Source: Opitutia bacterium UBA3534 | GTDB lineage: Bacteria; Verrucomicrobiota; Verrucomicrobiia; Opitutales; UBA3534 | NCBI GenBank assembly: GCA_002376875.1 | Contig: DFOT01000012.1 | Location: 181,951-245,950, forward strand | DNA length: 64,000 nt | Reading direction: 5' to 3' | Shown: positions 29,162-40,199 of the stretch, piece after piece | How positions within the stretch are numbered: position 1 is the first letter of the stretch | Layout: the number at the start of each line of letters is the position of its first letter | The notes under the pieces: model-generated | Seen by the model: the letters and a program-made list of their open reading frames with translations, nothing else | Database searches by the model: none | What the model was told of the DNA's origin: nothing | Translations under genes and position numbers: made by a program

Positions 29162-31887
29162 AAGATTTATTTAACACACTAAGAACTCTTGAGGTAGAAG
29201 GTAAGCCTGCGGGGGAGTATTATTCTTTACCTGCGCTCGAAGAAGCAATGGGGCCGCTGTCACGCCTACCCGTGAGCATCCGCATTGTGCTTGAAGCCGT
29301 TTTGCGTTGTTGTGATGCAGAGCGGATACAGAAAGAAGATGTAGAGCGTTTAGCTAAATGGAATGCAAAGGCTCCAGCAAAAACGGAAATCCCATTCGTA
29401 GTTTCACGCATTGTGCTTCAGGACTTTACAGGAGTACCTTTGTTAGTCGATTTGGCCGCTATCCGAGATGCCATGGCTAACGCTGGAGGAGACCCAAAAG
29501 CCATCGAGCCTTTGGTGCCTGTAGATTTAGTTGTAGACCACTCGGTACAAGTAGATCGCTCGGGGAGTGCGCGTGCGTTTTTATTCAACCTGAAGCGCGA
29601 GCTTGAGCGTAATAAAGAGCGTTATGAGTTTTTAAAATGGGGGCAGGATGCTTTTGAAACCTTTAAGGTAGTGCCTCCATCCATTGGTATTGTGCACCAG
29701 GTTAACCTCGAGTACCTAGCAAAAGTTGTTTTTGAAAAAGAGGTTGAAGGGAAGCGTTTACTTTATCCGGATACTTTAGTGGGGACAGACTCTCACACAA
29801 CGATGATCAATGGCTTGGGTGTTGTGGGTTGGGGCGTCGGTGGAATCGAAGCTGAAGCAGGTATGCTTGGGCAACCTATTTATTTCCAGACGCCTGAGGT
29901 TATTGGAGTCAATTTAACAGGAGCGCTCAAAGAAGGTGTGAGTGCCACAGATCTTACCTTGCGCATTACGCAGCTTTTGCGCACAGAAAATGTAGTAGGG
30001 AAGTTCGTAGAGTTTTTTGGCGAAGGGACCGAAGCACTGACGTTAGCTGACCGGGCTACTATTGCAAATATGGCCCCGGAGTATGGGGCAACCATGGGCT
30101 TTTTTCCTGTGGATGAAAAGACCCTCGACTATTTGCGCAGTACTGGGCGCTCTGAGGAAGACATTAAAAAGGTAAAAGCTTATTACGAAGCCCAAGGCCT
30201 TTTTGGGATCCCTCGGGCTGGAGAGGTTGATTATACCCAGGTAATTGATTTAGCCTTAGAAAGTGTAGTCCCTGCGGTAGCCGGGCCAAGGCGCCCTCAG
30301 GATTTGATTGATCTGCCTGATTTAAAATCTTGCTTTTCAACTTTATTTAAGACCCCTGTTAGCGAAGGCGGATATGGGAAGACGGAGGCAGATTTAGGGA
30401 AGCGGTATCCTGTACAAATGCCACAGGACGAAGGAGAGCCTCTGCCTGATACGATTACGCAGGGTTCTGTTGTGATAGCCGCTATTACTAGTTGTACGAA
30501 TACCTCGAACCCATCGGTGATGTTGGCGGCGGCCCTTTTGGCCAAGCGCGCTGTAGAGGCTGGGCTTACGGTGTCACCTTCGGTGAAAACGAGTTTGGCT
30601 CCAGGATCCCGAGTGGTTACCGATTATTTAGATAAGAGTGGGTTGCAGCCGTATTTTGATAAGCTTGGTTTTAACTTGGTGGGCTACGGGTGTACTACGT
30701 GTATCGGGAATAGTGGCCCTTTGGAGAATTCGGTGGAGGCTGCTATTGTTGAAGGAGATCTTGTCGTGGCGAGTGTCTTAAGTGGTAATCGAAATTTTGA
30801 GGCCCGGATTCATTCTTCAATCAAGGCAAACTTTTTGATGTCTCCACCACTAGTGGTTGCCTTTGCTTTGGCAGGGCGTGTGGATATTGATTTAAGCCAA
30901 GAGCCCCTGGGAACTGATAAAGAGGGTAAGCCTGTGTATCTGAAAGATATTTGGCCTACATCACAGGAGATTCAAGAGACTATTCAGACCTCAATTACGC
31001 CTGAGATGTTTAGGGATAAGTATGCTCGTGTTAATGAAGATAACCCAGAGTGGAATGCTATAGAGGTTACTAAGAGTGCGCAATACCCCTGGAAAGAAGA
31101 CTCCACCTATATTCAGAACCCGCCCTTTTTTGAAGATTTTAGCCTAGCGTTAAATAAGAAGGTTCCTTTGGTTAACATGCGTCCTTTGGCTATCTTGGGG
31201 GAGTCGGTCACTACAGACCATATTTCTCCGGCGGGGGCTATCCCTCCTGAAAGCCCTGCAGGACGTTATTTACTTGAGCATGGGGTAGAGCGTAAAGATT
31301 TTAACTCTTTTGGCTCTCGCCGAGGGAATGACCGCATAATGACACGAGGTACTTTTGCTAATGTGCGCATTAAAAACCTGATGGCAGGCGGGAAGGAAGG
31401 TGGATGGACCCGTGTTATGCCTGAGGCCCAGGAAATGAGTATTTTTGAGGCGAGTGAGCTTTATAAGGAGCGAGGAGAGCCTTTGATTGTAATCGCAGGG
31501 GCTGACTACGGTATGGGAAGCTCACGAGACTGGGCTGCGAAAGGAACGGCCTTACTTGGTGTTAAGGCTGTAGTGGCAAAAAGTTTTGAGCGCATCCATC
31601 GCAGTAATTTGATTGGAATGGGGGTTTTGCCTTTGCAATTTCAGGAAGGGGTCGATGCTCAGAGCTTATTCTTAGATGGGACTGAATGCTTCTCTCTTGA
31701 AGGGCTTAATGATGATATAAAGCCAGCTCAAGAGCTTGTTTTAAAGATCCAGCGAGTCAACGGCCAGGTGGATACAAGCCCGCTAACGGTACGTATTGAT
31801 ACTGCTATTGAGGTCGATTATTATCGACATGGCGGCATTTTACCTTATGTTTTAAGGCAGTTGATACAGGACTCAAAGAAAACCTAA
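29158..31887 (+). CDS. acnA: Aconitate hydratase A
   Basis: [39 protein letters not shown] and [10 protein letters not shown] motifs. Confidence 0.97.
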   Translation: MKDLFNTLRTLEVEGKPAGEYYSLPALEEAMGPLSRLPVSIRIVLEAVLRCCDAERIQKEDVERLAKWNAKAPAKTEIPFVVSRIVLQDFTGVPLLVDLAAIRDAMANAGGDPKAIEPLVPVDLVVDHSVQVDRSGSARAFLFNLKRELERNKERYEFLKWGQDAFETFKVVPPSIGIVHQVNLEYLAKVVFEKEVEGKRLLYPDTLVGTDSHTTMINGLGVVGWGVGGIEAEAGMLGQPIYFQTPEVIGVNLTGALKEGVSATDLTLRITQLLRTENVVGKFVEFFGEGTEALTLADRATIANMAPEYGATMGFFPVDEKTLDYLRSTGRSEEDIKKVKAYYEAQGLFGIPRAGEVDYTQVIDLALESVVPAVAGPRRPQDLIDLPDLKSCFSTLFKTPVSEGGYGKTEADLGKRYPVQMPQDEGEPLPDTITQGSVVIAAITSCTNTSNPSVMLAAALLAKRAVEAGLTVSPSVKTSLAPGSRVVTDYLDKSGLQPYFDKLGFNLVGYGCTTCIGNSGPLENSVEAAIVEGDLVVASVLSGNRNFEARIHSSIKANFLMSPPLVVAFALAGRVDIDLSQEPLGTDKEGKPVYLKDIWPTSQEIQETIQTSITPEMFRDKYARVNEDNPEWNAIEVTKSAQYPWKEDSTYIQNPPFFEDFSLALNKKVPLVNMRPLAILGESVTTDHISPAGAIPPESPAGRYLLEHGVERKDFNSFGSRRGNDRIMTRGTFANVRIKNLMAGGKEGGWTRVMPEAQEMSIFEASELYKERGEPLIVIAGADYGMGSSRDWAAKGTALLGVKAVVAKSFERIHRSNLIGMGVLPLQFQEGVDAQSLFLDGTECFSLEGLNDDIKPAQELVLKIQRVNGQVDTSPLTVRIDTAIEVDYYRHGGILPYVLRQLIQDSKKT

Positions 31888-31950
31888 TATGTGTGTAAAA
31901 GAGCCTTGTTGAACAATTCGTGTGCCGCATAAACTTTAGCCCTTTTTAGT

Positions 31951-32466
31951 ATGGTGTCGCAACAAGAGCCGACCTTTCTTGTCGATGCATATTCAGATCC
32001 TATCGTCCTCAAAATCTGTGGGCGGGCTTGCTATTTAAACTGCGCAGTCCTTAATGAATTTTTGCAAGGTATGCTTGCTAAAGGGCGCTCTAATTTTGTT
32101 TTTGATTTCTCAGAGTGCTTAGGGATGGACAGCACTGTTTTAGGGATCTTAGCAGGTATAGGGATAGAGGTGATGAAGGCTGACCCTCGGGGCTCTGTTG
32201 TTTTGTGTAAATTATCAACACGTAATTTGGAACTGGTACGTAATTTGGGGTTACACCGTATTTTAGAAGTCGATTCCGGAGACTATCCCATGCATTTTGG
32301 TGACCAAACCGTTGAGTTAACTCAGCCCAATAAGGCTAAAATTGCGAGCGCGCGCGATATTTTAAAAGCGCATGAGAACCTACTTTGTGTGGATGAAGGG
32401 AACCATGCTAAATTTCAAGATGTAGTGATCTTTTTGAAAGAACAAATAGAAGACGACACCCCCTAG
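31951..32466 (+). CDS. STAS-domain (anti-sigma antagonist-like) protein
   Basis: FDFSECLGMDSTVLG phosphorylation loop; C-terminal AHENL extension. Confidence 0.85.
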   Translation: MVSQQEPTFLVDAYSDPIVLKICGRACYLNCAVLNEFLQGMLAKGRSNFVFDFSECLGMDSTVLGILAGIGIEVMKADPRGSVVLCKLSTRNLELVRNLGLHRILEVDSGDYPMHFGDQTVELTQPNKAKIASARDILKAHENLLCVDEGNHAKFQDVVIFLKEQIEDDTP

Positions 32467-32471
32467 ATTTT

Positions 32472-33509
32472 ATGTACCGCGTAATCCTACCCCTCCTTCT
32501 TGTTTTTAATTTACTCTTTACGGGTTGTGATGATTTGGGCGAGCTTGCCGAGCATTGGCCTAATACAGACTTTACCCGCCGTACAGTCCCGCTTGTGGAT
32601 TTAGAAATAATTGAGGCTAAAGATACTTTTAATGCGGTTAATCACCCTAAGAAAGTCGCTCTGAACCGTGTTAAGGATGTGGACGAAGAAGACGCGGTTG
32701 TTTCGGTTGCTCTAGGGGGTGAGGTGTGTGCCTACCCGAAGCGGCTTTCGCGAGGGTGGGTAAATGATACGCTTAATGGAGTGCCCATTTTTGTGCTGCA
32801 GTGCCCGTTATCGAATACGACTGTCGTATGGGAGCGCCCTGTGCGTAGGGGTAAACCATTAGAGTTTTCTCCTTCAGGGATTATCCGCGGGAGTGAAATG
32901 CTTGTGTATGATGATCAAACTGAAAGTTTTTGGCAGCCTTCAACAGGGGAGTGTATTGTGGGTGATTATATGGGTGCTCAGTTAGATAATATACCCTGCC
33001 GAGTAGAGTCTTTAGAGCGTTTCCAGACGCATAATCCAGGAGCAAAAGTGGCAGTTCTACAACGGAAGGTAAGGCGCTTTTTTATTAACGGGAAAAAAGA
33101 TGAAGATGCTGTTTGGGCAAGTCGCTTTTTTGACCGGGCTAGTGAGGATTATTTCGGGCGCCTAAAACCCACGACGCTTTATCCACTGTTTGCTAATGAA
33201 GATTATGATGCTGAAAAAGAAGGTCTCCCTCAGGATGCTTTAGTTGTTTATGTCCCAAGCCTAGAAAAAGCCTGGGATTTAGAATTGCTCAAGGAGCAGC
33301 GAAGTCTTCAGGATCATAATGTCGTGATTACCTGGAGGCCGGGTATGGTGAGTACAGCTTTTGGTATGAGTGGGCGTGGTTCTATTGATATTGGTAACCT
33401 TGTGGTTCAAAAGCGCCTAGAAAACCGTGAGCTTGAGGACATTGTTTATAATGTCAGCTTCATGGGGGCGTTCCGTGAAATCTACCCGGATCTTGAGGTT
33501 GAGCATTAG
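32472..33509 (+). CDS. DUF3179-like lipoprotein
   Basis: Lipobox FTGC; AYP, VND, CPLS and YDDQTESFWQ..TGE.IVG motifs. Confidence 0.75.
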   Translation: MYRVILPLLLVFNLLFTGCDDLGELAEHWPNTDFTRRTVPLVDLEIIEAKDTFNAVNHPKKVALNRVKDVDEEDAVVSVALGGEVCAYPKRLSRGWVNDTLNGVPIFVLQCPLSNTTVVWERPVRRGKPLEFSPSGIIRGSEMLVYDDQTESFWQPSTGECIVGDYMGAQLDNIPCRVESLERFQTHNPGAKVAVLQRKVRRFFINGKKDEDAVWASRFFDRASEDYFGRLKPTTLYPLFANEDYDAEKEGLPQDALVVYVPSLEKAWDLELLKEQRSLQDHNVVITWRPGMVSTAFGMSGRGSIDIGNLVVQKRLENRELEDIVYNVSFMGAFREIYPDLEVEH

Positions 33510-34978
33510 TGCCGGCGCCAAAAAGATGGGATAAAGAGCACTAAAATAGCGTAAAACTCAAGCCTTCCCATAATCATGAAAATGGAGAGGACAAGCTTTG
33601 TTGCGGGTGTGAGAAAAGTGTAGGTGTGTGAAGGGCCTATGCTCCCAAAGCCAGGGCCAATATTGAAGAGCGTTGCAATAGCCATAGACACAATACTCTT
33701 AAAGCTGGACTCGTGTTCAAAAAGGCCCAAAAGGGGAACGCATATAAAGAGCAAGAGGCCTACAGTAAGCATGAAGGTCAGGACGCTTTCTAGGGTATTG
33801 CTGTCTACGTTTTCTTTATTGAGGGTGATGGGCCTAATGAGACGAGCCCGGAAAGATTTTTCAATATTCAGTAGGCAGATTTTTGCAGCAATAACGAAGC
33901 GCACAATTTTGACACCGCCTGAAGTTGAGCCTGAGCACCCCCCCATAACCATCATCAGAATAATGAGAATGTGAATGACACGAGGCCATAAGTTATAATC
34001 AGTGGTTGTATAACCTGTAGTGGTTAAGATAGAGATGGTTTGAAAAAAGCTATCGCGTACTAAGCTATGAGCATCAGTGTAACCTACATGCTCAATCGTC
34101 AGTAGTATACTAATGCAGCCCCCAAAAGCAAAGATGAGAAAGAGATAGGTGAATAGCTCACTATTTTTCAGTGCATACGAGAAGTTACCTTTGAGCACCT
34201 GGATCATGACTAGGAAGCTTGTTCCACCTAAGATCATAAAGAGCATCGCTGTCCATTCTAGAGCAGGGTTTTCGAATCCACCGAGGCTGTCATTTAAAGT
34301 GCTGAATCCGCCTGTTGCTACAGTGGTAAACATGTGGCAAATAGCATTGAACCAGGAGAGTCCACACCAATGGAATGCCATGAGGCAGGCAAATGAGAGC
34401 CCTAGGTAGAGGGCCAAGATTTTTAATACGCCTTCTTGAATGCGGCCTGAATCAATGTCGCCTGCCTGGGCGGAGGCCTCGTTGCTATAAAGCGTTTTTG
34501 CTCCTGCGCCGATGTAGGACAAAATCGCCACGAAGAAGACGACAATTCCTAAGCCTCCGAGCCATTGGCTAATACAGCGCCAAAACATAAGACTAGGAGG
34601 CAGGATAGAAAGATCTATGAAAATAGTCGCGCCTGTTGTGGTGAGGCCTGAGGTAGATTCAAAGAGTGCATCTGTAAATGAAAAGTCTGGTAGGATAAGC
34701 ATGTATGGGAGAGACCCGATCACACACACGAGTATCCAGCCCACACCAATGACGCAGAGGCTTTCACGCCGGAAGATTTTATGACTGGCATTGCGCCCCA
34801 GGTAGCGGAAAAGAACAGTCAGCGTGAAGGTGATTATAACGGTGAGTACCCATCCTTTGAGCGCGGGGTGAAAGAGCTCATTGTGGTAGAGGCCTTCAAT
34901 CCCTAGGCAAATGCAAAAGGTGCCTCCGATGGTAGCCAGGATGACACTGAGGAGTTTAAATATGATGGGGGCGTTCAT
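33506..34978 (-). CDS. trkH: Trk potassium uptake permease
   Basis: FESTSGLTTTG, ATGGFS, GGCSGSTSGGVK and GRLE motifs. Confidence 0.93.
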   Translation of the reverse strand: MNAPIIFKLLSVILATIGGTFCICLGIEGLYHNELFHPALKGWVLTVIITFTLTVLFRYLGRNASHKIFRRESLCVIGVGWILVCVIGSLPYMLILPDFSFTDALFESTSGLTTTGATIFIDLSILPPSLMFWRCISQWLGGLGIVVFFVAILSYIGAGAKTLYSNEASAQAGDIDSGRIQEGVLKILALYLGLSFACLMAFHWCGLSWFNAICHMFTTVATGGFSTLNDSLGGFENPALEWTAMLFMILGGTSFLVMIQVLKGNFSYALKNSELFTYLFLIFAFGGCISILLTIEHVGYTDAHSLVRDSFFQTISILTTTGYTTTDYNLWPRVIHILIILMMVMGGCSGSTSGGVKIVRFVIAAKICLLNIEKSFRARLIRPITLNKENVDSNTLESVLTFMLTVGLLLFICVPLLGLFEHESSFKSIVSMAIATLFNIGPGFGSIGPSHTYTFLTPATKLVLSIFMIMGRLEFYAILVLFIPSFWRRH

Positions 34979-34994
34979 GGGGTAGGTACGGGGC

Positions 34995-36173
34995 TTAAAC
35001 TAAGAATGCTTCCCGATTCCCATCTTGAACGAGAGCGGCCTCGGGATCAAGTGGATAACGGTAGCGCTTGCCCTGGAAGTTTTTGAGTATGATTCCATCA
35101 GCGGTGATTTCTTCGACATAATCCGGGTTGATTGGGATCTTCCCGCCCCCTCCTGGGGCATCAATCACATATTGAGGGATAGCGTACCCAGTTGTGTGGC
35201 CCCTGAGCCCGCGGATGATTTCAATCCCTTTTTGGATTGCAGTGCGGAAATGAGCGCTCCCTGTGATAAGGTCACATTGGTATAGGTAGTAAGGGCGTAC
35301 CCGCATCATGAGAAGGCGGTGTACCAGCGCCTTCATGGTGTCTACGGAGTCATTCACCCCTTTAAGCAGTACGGACTGATTCCCTAGGGGCACTCCTGCA
35401 AATGAAAGCCGTTCACAGGCTTCTTTGAGTGCTAGGGTGCATTCTTTGGGGTGGTTTACGTGAATACTTAGCCAAATAGGCCCGTGCTTTTTAAAAATTT
35501 CACACAGCTCTGGAGTAATACGCTGTGGAAGGAAGATAGGAATGCGCGAGCCAATGCGGATAAATTCAATGTGGGGGATTGCGCGTAAGCGCTCAAGCAA
35601 GTGATTGAGTTTATTGTTTGAGAGTAGGAGAGGGTCTCCACCACTAATAAGAACATCTCGGATTTGAGGGGTGTTAGCAATATACTCTAGGCCTTGCTCA
35701 AACTCAGGGTGGAAGTTGTAGTCTTGCGCATTAGAGACCAGGCGTGAGCGCGTGCAGTAGCGGCAGTACGCAGCGCAGCGGTCAGTCACCAGGAAGAGCA
35801 CTCGGTCCGGGTAACGATGGACGACCCCAGGTACAGGCATGTGGCTTTCTTCGCCAACAGGGTCGAGGAGTTCTTCTGGGGAGACGTGTGTTTCGCCCTC
35901 ACGGGGGATGACTTGGGCCCGGATCGGGCAGTCAGGGTCCTCACGATCGATGAGGTTGAAATAGTAGGGGGTAATGGCTAAGGCTAATTTTTGATTAGCA
36001 AATAAAGATCCTGCACGCTCTTCGGGGGTTAAATCGATGAGTTTCTCGAGCTGTTCTAGCTTAGTAATGCGGTTTTTGAGCTGCCAGGCCCAGTTATTCC
36101 AGTCTTTTTCGGGAATGTCAGCCCACAGGCCTTGTCCGCGGTGCCAGTCTTTAAAGCGGTCGTTTGATTGCAT
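34995..36173 (-). CDS. KamA-family radical SAM enzyme (lysine 2,3-aminomutase-like)
   Basis: HRYPDR, CAAYCRYC, SGGDPL, NQSVLL and the PLP-lysine motif PGGGGK. Confidence 0.9.
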   Translation of the reverse strand: MQSNDRFKDWHRGQGLWADIPEKDWNNWAWQLKNRITKLEQLEKLIDLTPEERAGSLFANQKLALAITPYYFNLIDREDPDCPIRAQVIPREGETHVSPEELLDPVGEESHMPVPGVVHRYPDRVLFLVTDRCAAYCRYCTRSRLVSNAQDYNFHPEFEQGLEYIANTPQIRDVLISGGDPLLLSNNKLNHLLERLRAIPHIEFIRIGSRIPIFLPQRITPELCEIFKKHGPIWLSIHVNHPKECTLALKEACERLSFAGVPLGNQSVLLKGVNDSVDTMKALVHRLLMMRVRPYYLYQCDLITGSAHFRTAIQKGIEIIRGLRGHTTGYAIPQYVIDAPGGGGKIPINPDYVEEITADGIILKNFQGKRYRYPLDPEAALVQDGNREAFLV

Positions 36174-36308
36174 GGATTATTATTTTGTTCCTCCTACCAT
36201 AAGGGTTAAGGGGTGTTTATCAAGGTCTGATGTATCTCGTTTTTAGCCTGTCTCGCTATAATATTGACGCGCTCTTATTGATAGGTAAGGGTGCCTATCT
36301 CTTTAATT

Positions 36309-37232
36309 ATGGACAGAATATTATCTACTACAGGGAGAGAAAGATCCTTTGATAGCTCTTGTGTTTCTCAGTCTACGTTTGGCGATCGAGCGGTTACTCA
36401 ATTCACTAAGGAAGAGGTCCTAGCTGACTCTTTTAAGGCTGAGTTTGTGAAGGCTTTTTTACAGGAGTGTGCTGTACCTTTACGCCCTGCTGGCAAAGCT
36501 ATGTACCAACGGACTATTTGCTTCCTTGAACATGCAAAGCGCTATGAGCAGCTAGAGGTTCTTAAGCAAGCCTTGAAGGATGCGAAGGTAGACCTTGATG
36601 CTCGGGGTAACTGTGAGACTACTATGTTGCACAGTGCTGTATGGAAAGGGTATATCCCTTTGGTTGAATTTTTATTAGATGCTGGAGCAGATTTAGAAGC
36701 TAAAAACAGTAGTGGCTGGACGCCTTTGTTGCAGACTGTGCGCTTTGGTCATTATGCTTCTTGCATCAAGATGACACGGTATTTGCTTGCTGCAGGAGCC
36801 GAAGTGGATGCAATAGACAACACCGGTGCGACGGCTTTGCACTTTATAGCCCGGTGGAATTCTCTTGAGGCTTTAGAGGCGTTTTTGAAAGCAGGTGCGC
36901 GCACTGACCTTATCGATGATTATGGCTATACTGTTTTTCATTACGCAGCGCGTTGGGGGCATCTGGAGGTAGCAGAGCGATTCATGCAGGAGGGTGGTGT
37001 GCTATTAAGCCCAAAAATAATAAATGCCGTAGATAAAGCAGGGAGGACTGCTTTGTATTTAGCTGCGAGTAATGGCTCCTTGAGTGTGGTGAAGGTGTTA
37101 GTGGAGGCAGGGGCAGATTACCAGATCGCGAATAATGAAGGTAATACTCCGATCCAGGCTGCGGAAAAGTATGGTTATCAGGAAGTAGTCGAGTTTTTGA
37201 ATAAAACACTCTATCAAAAGACTTTACTTTGA
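36309..37232 (+). CDS. Ankyrin-repeat protein (~6 repeats) with N-terminal extension
   Basis: Repeats TMLHSAVWKG, GWTPLL, GATALHFIA, GYTVFHYAA, GRTALYLAA and GNTPIQAA. Confidence 0.9.
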   Translation: MDRILSTTGRERSFDSSCVSQSTFGDRAVTQFTKEEVLADSFKAEFVKAFLQECAVPLRPAGKAMYQRTICFLEHAKRYEQLEVLKQALKDAKVDLDARGNCETTMLHSAVWKGYIPLVEFLLDAGADLEAKNSSGWTPLLQTVRFGHYASCIKMTRYLLAAGAEVDAIDNTGATALHFIARWNSLEALEAFLKAGARTDLIDDYGYTVFHYAARWGHLEVAERFMQEGGVLLSPKIINAVDKAGRTALYLAASNGSLSVVKVLVEAGADYQIANNEGNTPIQAAEKYGYQEVVEFLNKTLYQKTLL

Positions 37233-37328
37233 GATTTTTTAGAGTGTATCTACTTGATTACTAACAATTTATAATCTCACGCTTTTTTTAATTGCACCTT
37301 TTCAAAAACCCTTTTTGATAGAGGTCTG

Positions 37329-38489
37329 ATGAAAGACGCAATCAGAGGGGTACTGGCTTTAGAAGACGGAACGGTGTTCCGTGGCCGAGCATTTGGCGCA
37401 GCTAAAACAGTTGTGGGTGAAGCCGTTTTTAATACAAGCATGACCGGCTATCAGGAGATCCTTACGGATCCTTCTTATTATCAGCAGGTTGTAGCTATGA
37501 CAGCCCCCCAAATCGGGAATTATGGGGTTAATCTTGAGGATAATGAGTCCGATGGGCCTAAAGTAGCCGCCTTTGTGGTGCGTGAATTAAGCCCTGTGAC
37601 GAGTAATTGGAGGTCCCGCCAGTCTTTAGATACTTATTTAGAGCAAAACGACATTCCTGGTTTGGATGGGATTGACGTGCGGACTCTAACAAAGAAGCTT
37701 AGAACTGCAGGTGCCATGAAGGCATGCGTCAGTACGGAGGATATTTCTGATGAGGAAGCTGTGGAGCGGGCTCGTTCTTGGAATGGCCTCGTTGGCGTGG
37801 ATTCCGTTAAAGAAGTCACCTGTAAGGCGCCTTACCGATTTGAGGCTGATGATGTGCAGTCTTTTACTGTGGAGGGGACTGAGTTGAACCAGCCGATCCC
37901 TGAGCGTGAGCGCTTCCATATTGCAGCGATTGATTTTGGAGCAAAGCGTTCTATCTTTAAGCGCCTGATGCAACACGGGTTCGACATTACGGTCTTCCCT
38001 GCAGATGTAACGCCTGAGCAGATCGAAGCTTGTAACCCAGATGCCCTGTTTTTAACGAATGGCCCTGGAGATCCTGCAGCGCTCACTTATGCGCACAAGA
38101 CAGTGGCGGCACTATTACCTAAGTATCCTACTTTTGGGATTTGCATGGGGCATCAGATTATTACGCATGCTTTAGGTGCTAAGACGTATAAGTTAAAATT
38201 TGGGCACCGTGGGGGGAATCAGCCTGTTAAGAATTTAGAAACGGGCGTTGTTCGGATTACCGCACAAAACCACGGTTTTGCCGCTTGTGAAGAAAGTTTG
38301 AAGCGCTGCGGTGCAATCATCACAGAGGTGAGTTTGAATGACGGAGCTGTTGAAGGGTTACGCCACGAGAAGTATCCGGTCTTTTCTGTACAGTACCACC
38401 CTGAGGCGGCCCCTGGGCCTAATGATGCCATTGCTTTCTTTGAAGACTTTTACCAGAAATTGGCACAGCTTAAAGCAGTGACGGTTTAA
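37329..38489 (+). CDS. carA: Carbamoyl-phosphate synthase small subunit
   Basis: TSMTGYQE.LTDPSY, NGPGDP, GICMGHQ and QYHPE motifs. Confidence 0.97.
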   Translation: MKDAIRGVLALEDGTVFRGRAFGAAKTVVGEAVFNTSMTGYQEILTDPSYYQQVVAMTAPQIGNYGVNLEDNESDGPKVAAFVVRELSPVTSNWRSRQSLDTYLEQNDIPGLDGIDVRTLTKKLRTAGAMKACVSTEDISDEEAVERARSWNGLVGVDSVKEVTCKAPYRFEADDVQSFTVEGTELNQPIPERERFHIAAIDFGAKRSIFKRLMQHGFDITVFPADVTPEQIEACNPDALFLTNGPGDPAALTYAHKTVAALLPKYPTFGICMGHQIITHALGAKTYKLKFGHRGGNQPVKNLETGVVRITAQNHGFAACEESLKRCGAIITEVSLNDGAVEGLRHEKYPVFSVQYHPEAAPGPNDAIAFFEDFYQKLAQLKAVTV

Positions 38490-38890
38490 TGGCTAAGAAG
38501 AAAGACCGCATTGCTACTGAAGGGCATAAGGGTGCTTTGGGGGATAACCCATTCGGTGCTTTAGATGCACAATCGCTTGATCTTGCTGAGAATAAGCCTA
38601 GCCCTGTACTCCCTAAAAAAACGGTAACCCCCCAGAAGAAACGAGGGCGCGTGGATGTGCGGCGTGAGAAGTCAGGCCGTGGCGGGAAATGGGTGACTGT
38701 GCTGCAAGGCGATGGGTTCTTGAAAACCTCACCGCAGGAGCTTGAGGCGCTTTTATCTCAGTTTAAAAAGCAACTCGGTTGTGGTGGTGCCCTTAAAGGC
38801 AAAACCCTAGAGGTCCAAGGAGACAAGTGTGAGCTTGTGATGGATGTGCTTAAGCAGAAGGGTTACCAGCCGGTTCGGTGTGGTGGATAG
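38489..38890 (+). CDS. yciH: SUI1/eIF1-like translation factor YciH
   Basis: REKSGRGGK.VT, KQLGCGG and EVQGD motifs; TAATG coupling to carA. Confidence 0.88.
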   Translation: MAKKKDRIATEGHKGALGDNPFGALDAQSLDLAENKPSPVLPKKTVTPQKKRGRVDVRREKSGRGGKWVTVLQGDGFLKTSPQELEALLSQFKKQLGCGGALKGKTLEVQGDKCELVMDVLKQKGYQPVRCGG

Positions 38891-40199
38891 TTGCCTCAGG
38901 CGCTTGAGTTAGCTCTGTATCACTAAAGACTACCTTGCCCGCAACGATCGTTTGCTTGATCTTGCCGCGTAGTGTTTCACCCATCCAAGGAGAGTTTGTA
39001 GACTTGCTGTAGCTAGTTTGCTCAGAAACAACCCATGCTTCTTGTGGGTCAAAGAGGGTGATGTCCGCGTCTGCCCCTGTGCTGAGGGTTCCTTTGTCAA
39101 TTTTGACGATGCGAGCGGCCTCATGAGTCATCTTGGAGATGAGTGTGTTAAGGTCGCACAGTTCGTTATGGACTAAGTTTTCTAGGCAAACGGCTAGAGA
39201 CGTTTCTAGGCCAATGAGCCCAAAGGGGGCGTGGTCAAAGTCAGTATCTTTCTCGTGAGGGGCGTGAGGCGCGTGGTCCGTGGCGATGATGTCTAGGGTG
39301 CCATCTAAGAGGCCTGCGATAAGTTCTTGGCGGTCCTTTTCGGTACGCAAAGGTGGGTTCATCTTAAAGCGGGTATCAAAAGTGCCGACAGATTCATCCG
39401 TGAGGCTTAGGTGGTGTGGGGTAAGCTCTGCAGTCACATTAACACCTTGCTTCTTGGCTTGGCGGATGATCTCTACAGCGCTGCCTGCAGTGATGTGCTG
39501 CATGTGTACGTGAGCCCCTGTGGTTGCACTCAACAGGCAGTTACGGCTTACGATGATGTCTTCGGCAACACTTGGCCAGCCCGTGAGGCCTAGGCGTAGG
39601 GAAACTTCACCTTCGTGCATTACAGAGCCTTGGGTTAGGGACATATCCTGGCAGTGGTCCATCACGACAAGGTCATGCATTTTGGCATATTCGAGTGCTT
39701 TACGCATGACGCCGTTATCTTGGACACAGTCACCATCATCGGTAATGGCAACTACACCTGCGTCTTTTAGTGCACCAATAGGTGCTAGGTCTTTACCTTC
39801 ACGGTTGAGGGTGATGGTTCCGGAGACATAAAGGTTAATCGGGGAATGTTTTTTAGCGGTAGCTTGGATTGCTTTAACAACAGAAGGATTGTCGATTGCC
39901 GGTGTGGTGTTAGGCATGCATACGATGCTTGTAAACCCTCCAGCAGCAGCAGCTTGGGTTCCTGTAGCGATATCCTCTTTGTGAGTCTGGCCAGGTTCGC
40001 GTAGGTGTACGTGTACATCAATAAGCCCTGGGCATACGACGAGGCCTGTGGCATCAATGCAAGTCGCAAAGGCCTTACACTCGTCTGAGAGTGATTCTAC
40101 AATTGTGCCGTTGATGGCGAAAAGATCGGCGATTTCGTCGCGGTTGTTCTTTGGGTCGATGATGCGACCGTTTTTTATCCAGAGTGCTGAGTTTTTCAT
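38850..40199 (-). CDS. pyrC: Dihydroorotase (type I)
   Basis: DVHVHLREPG, MPNT, KMNPPLR and TDHAPH motifs; ATG 40199 overlaps the pyrB stop. Confidence 0.95.
   Translation of the reverse strand: MKNSALWIKNGRIIDPKNNRDEIADLFAINGTIVESLSDECKAFATCIDATGLVVCPGLIDVHVHLREPGQTHKEDIATGTQAAAAGGFTSIVCMPNTTPAIDNPSVVKAIQATAKKHSPINLYVSGTITLNREGKDLAPIGALKDAGVVAITDDGDCVQDNGVMRKALEYAKMHDLVVMDHCQDMSLTQGSVMHEGEVSLRLGLTGWPSVAEDIIVSRNCLLSATTGAHVHMQHITAGSAVEIIRQAKKQGVNVTAELTPHHLSLTDESVGTFDTRFKMNPPLRTEKDRQELIAGLLDGTLDIIATDHAPHAPHEKDTDFDHAPFGLIGLETSLAVCLENLVHNELCDLNTLISKMTHEAARIVKIDKGTLSTGADADITLFDPQEAWVVSEQTSYSKSTNSPWMGETLRGKIKQTIVAGKVVFSDTELTQAPEATIHHTEPAGNPSA

Noticed and set aside
32472-33509. Selenocysteine recoding in the DUF3179 gene
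   Set aside because: No in-frame TGA; the motif Cys is encoded by TGC.
34995-36173. EF-P modification enzyme EpmB
   Set aside because: No efp or epmA neighbours, and the PGGGGK motif fits the broader KamA group; left at family level.
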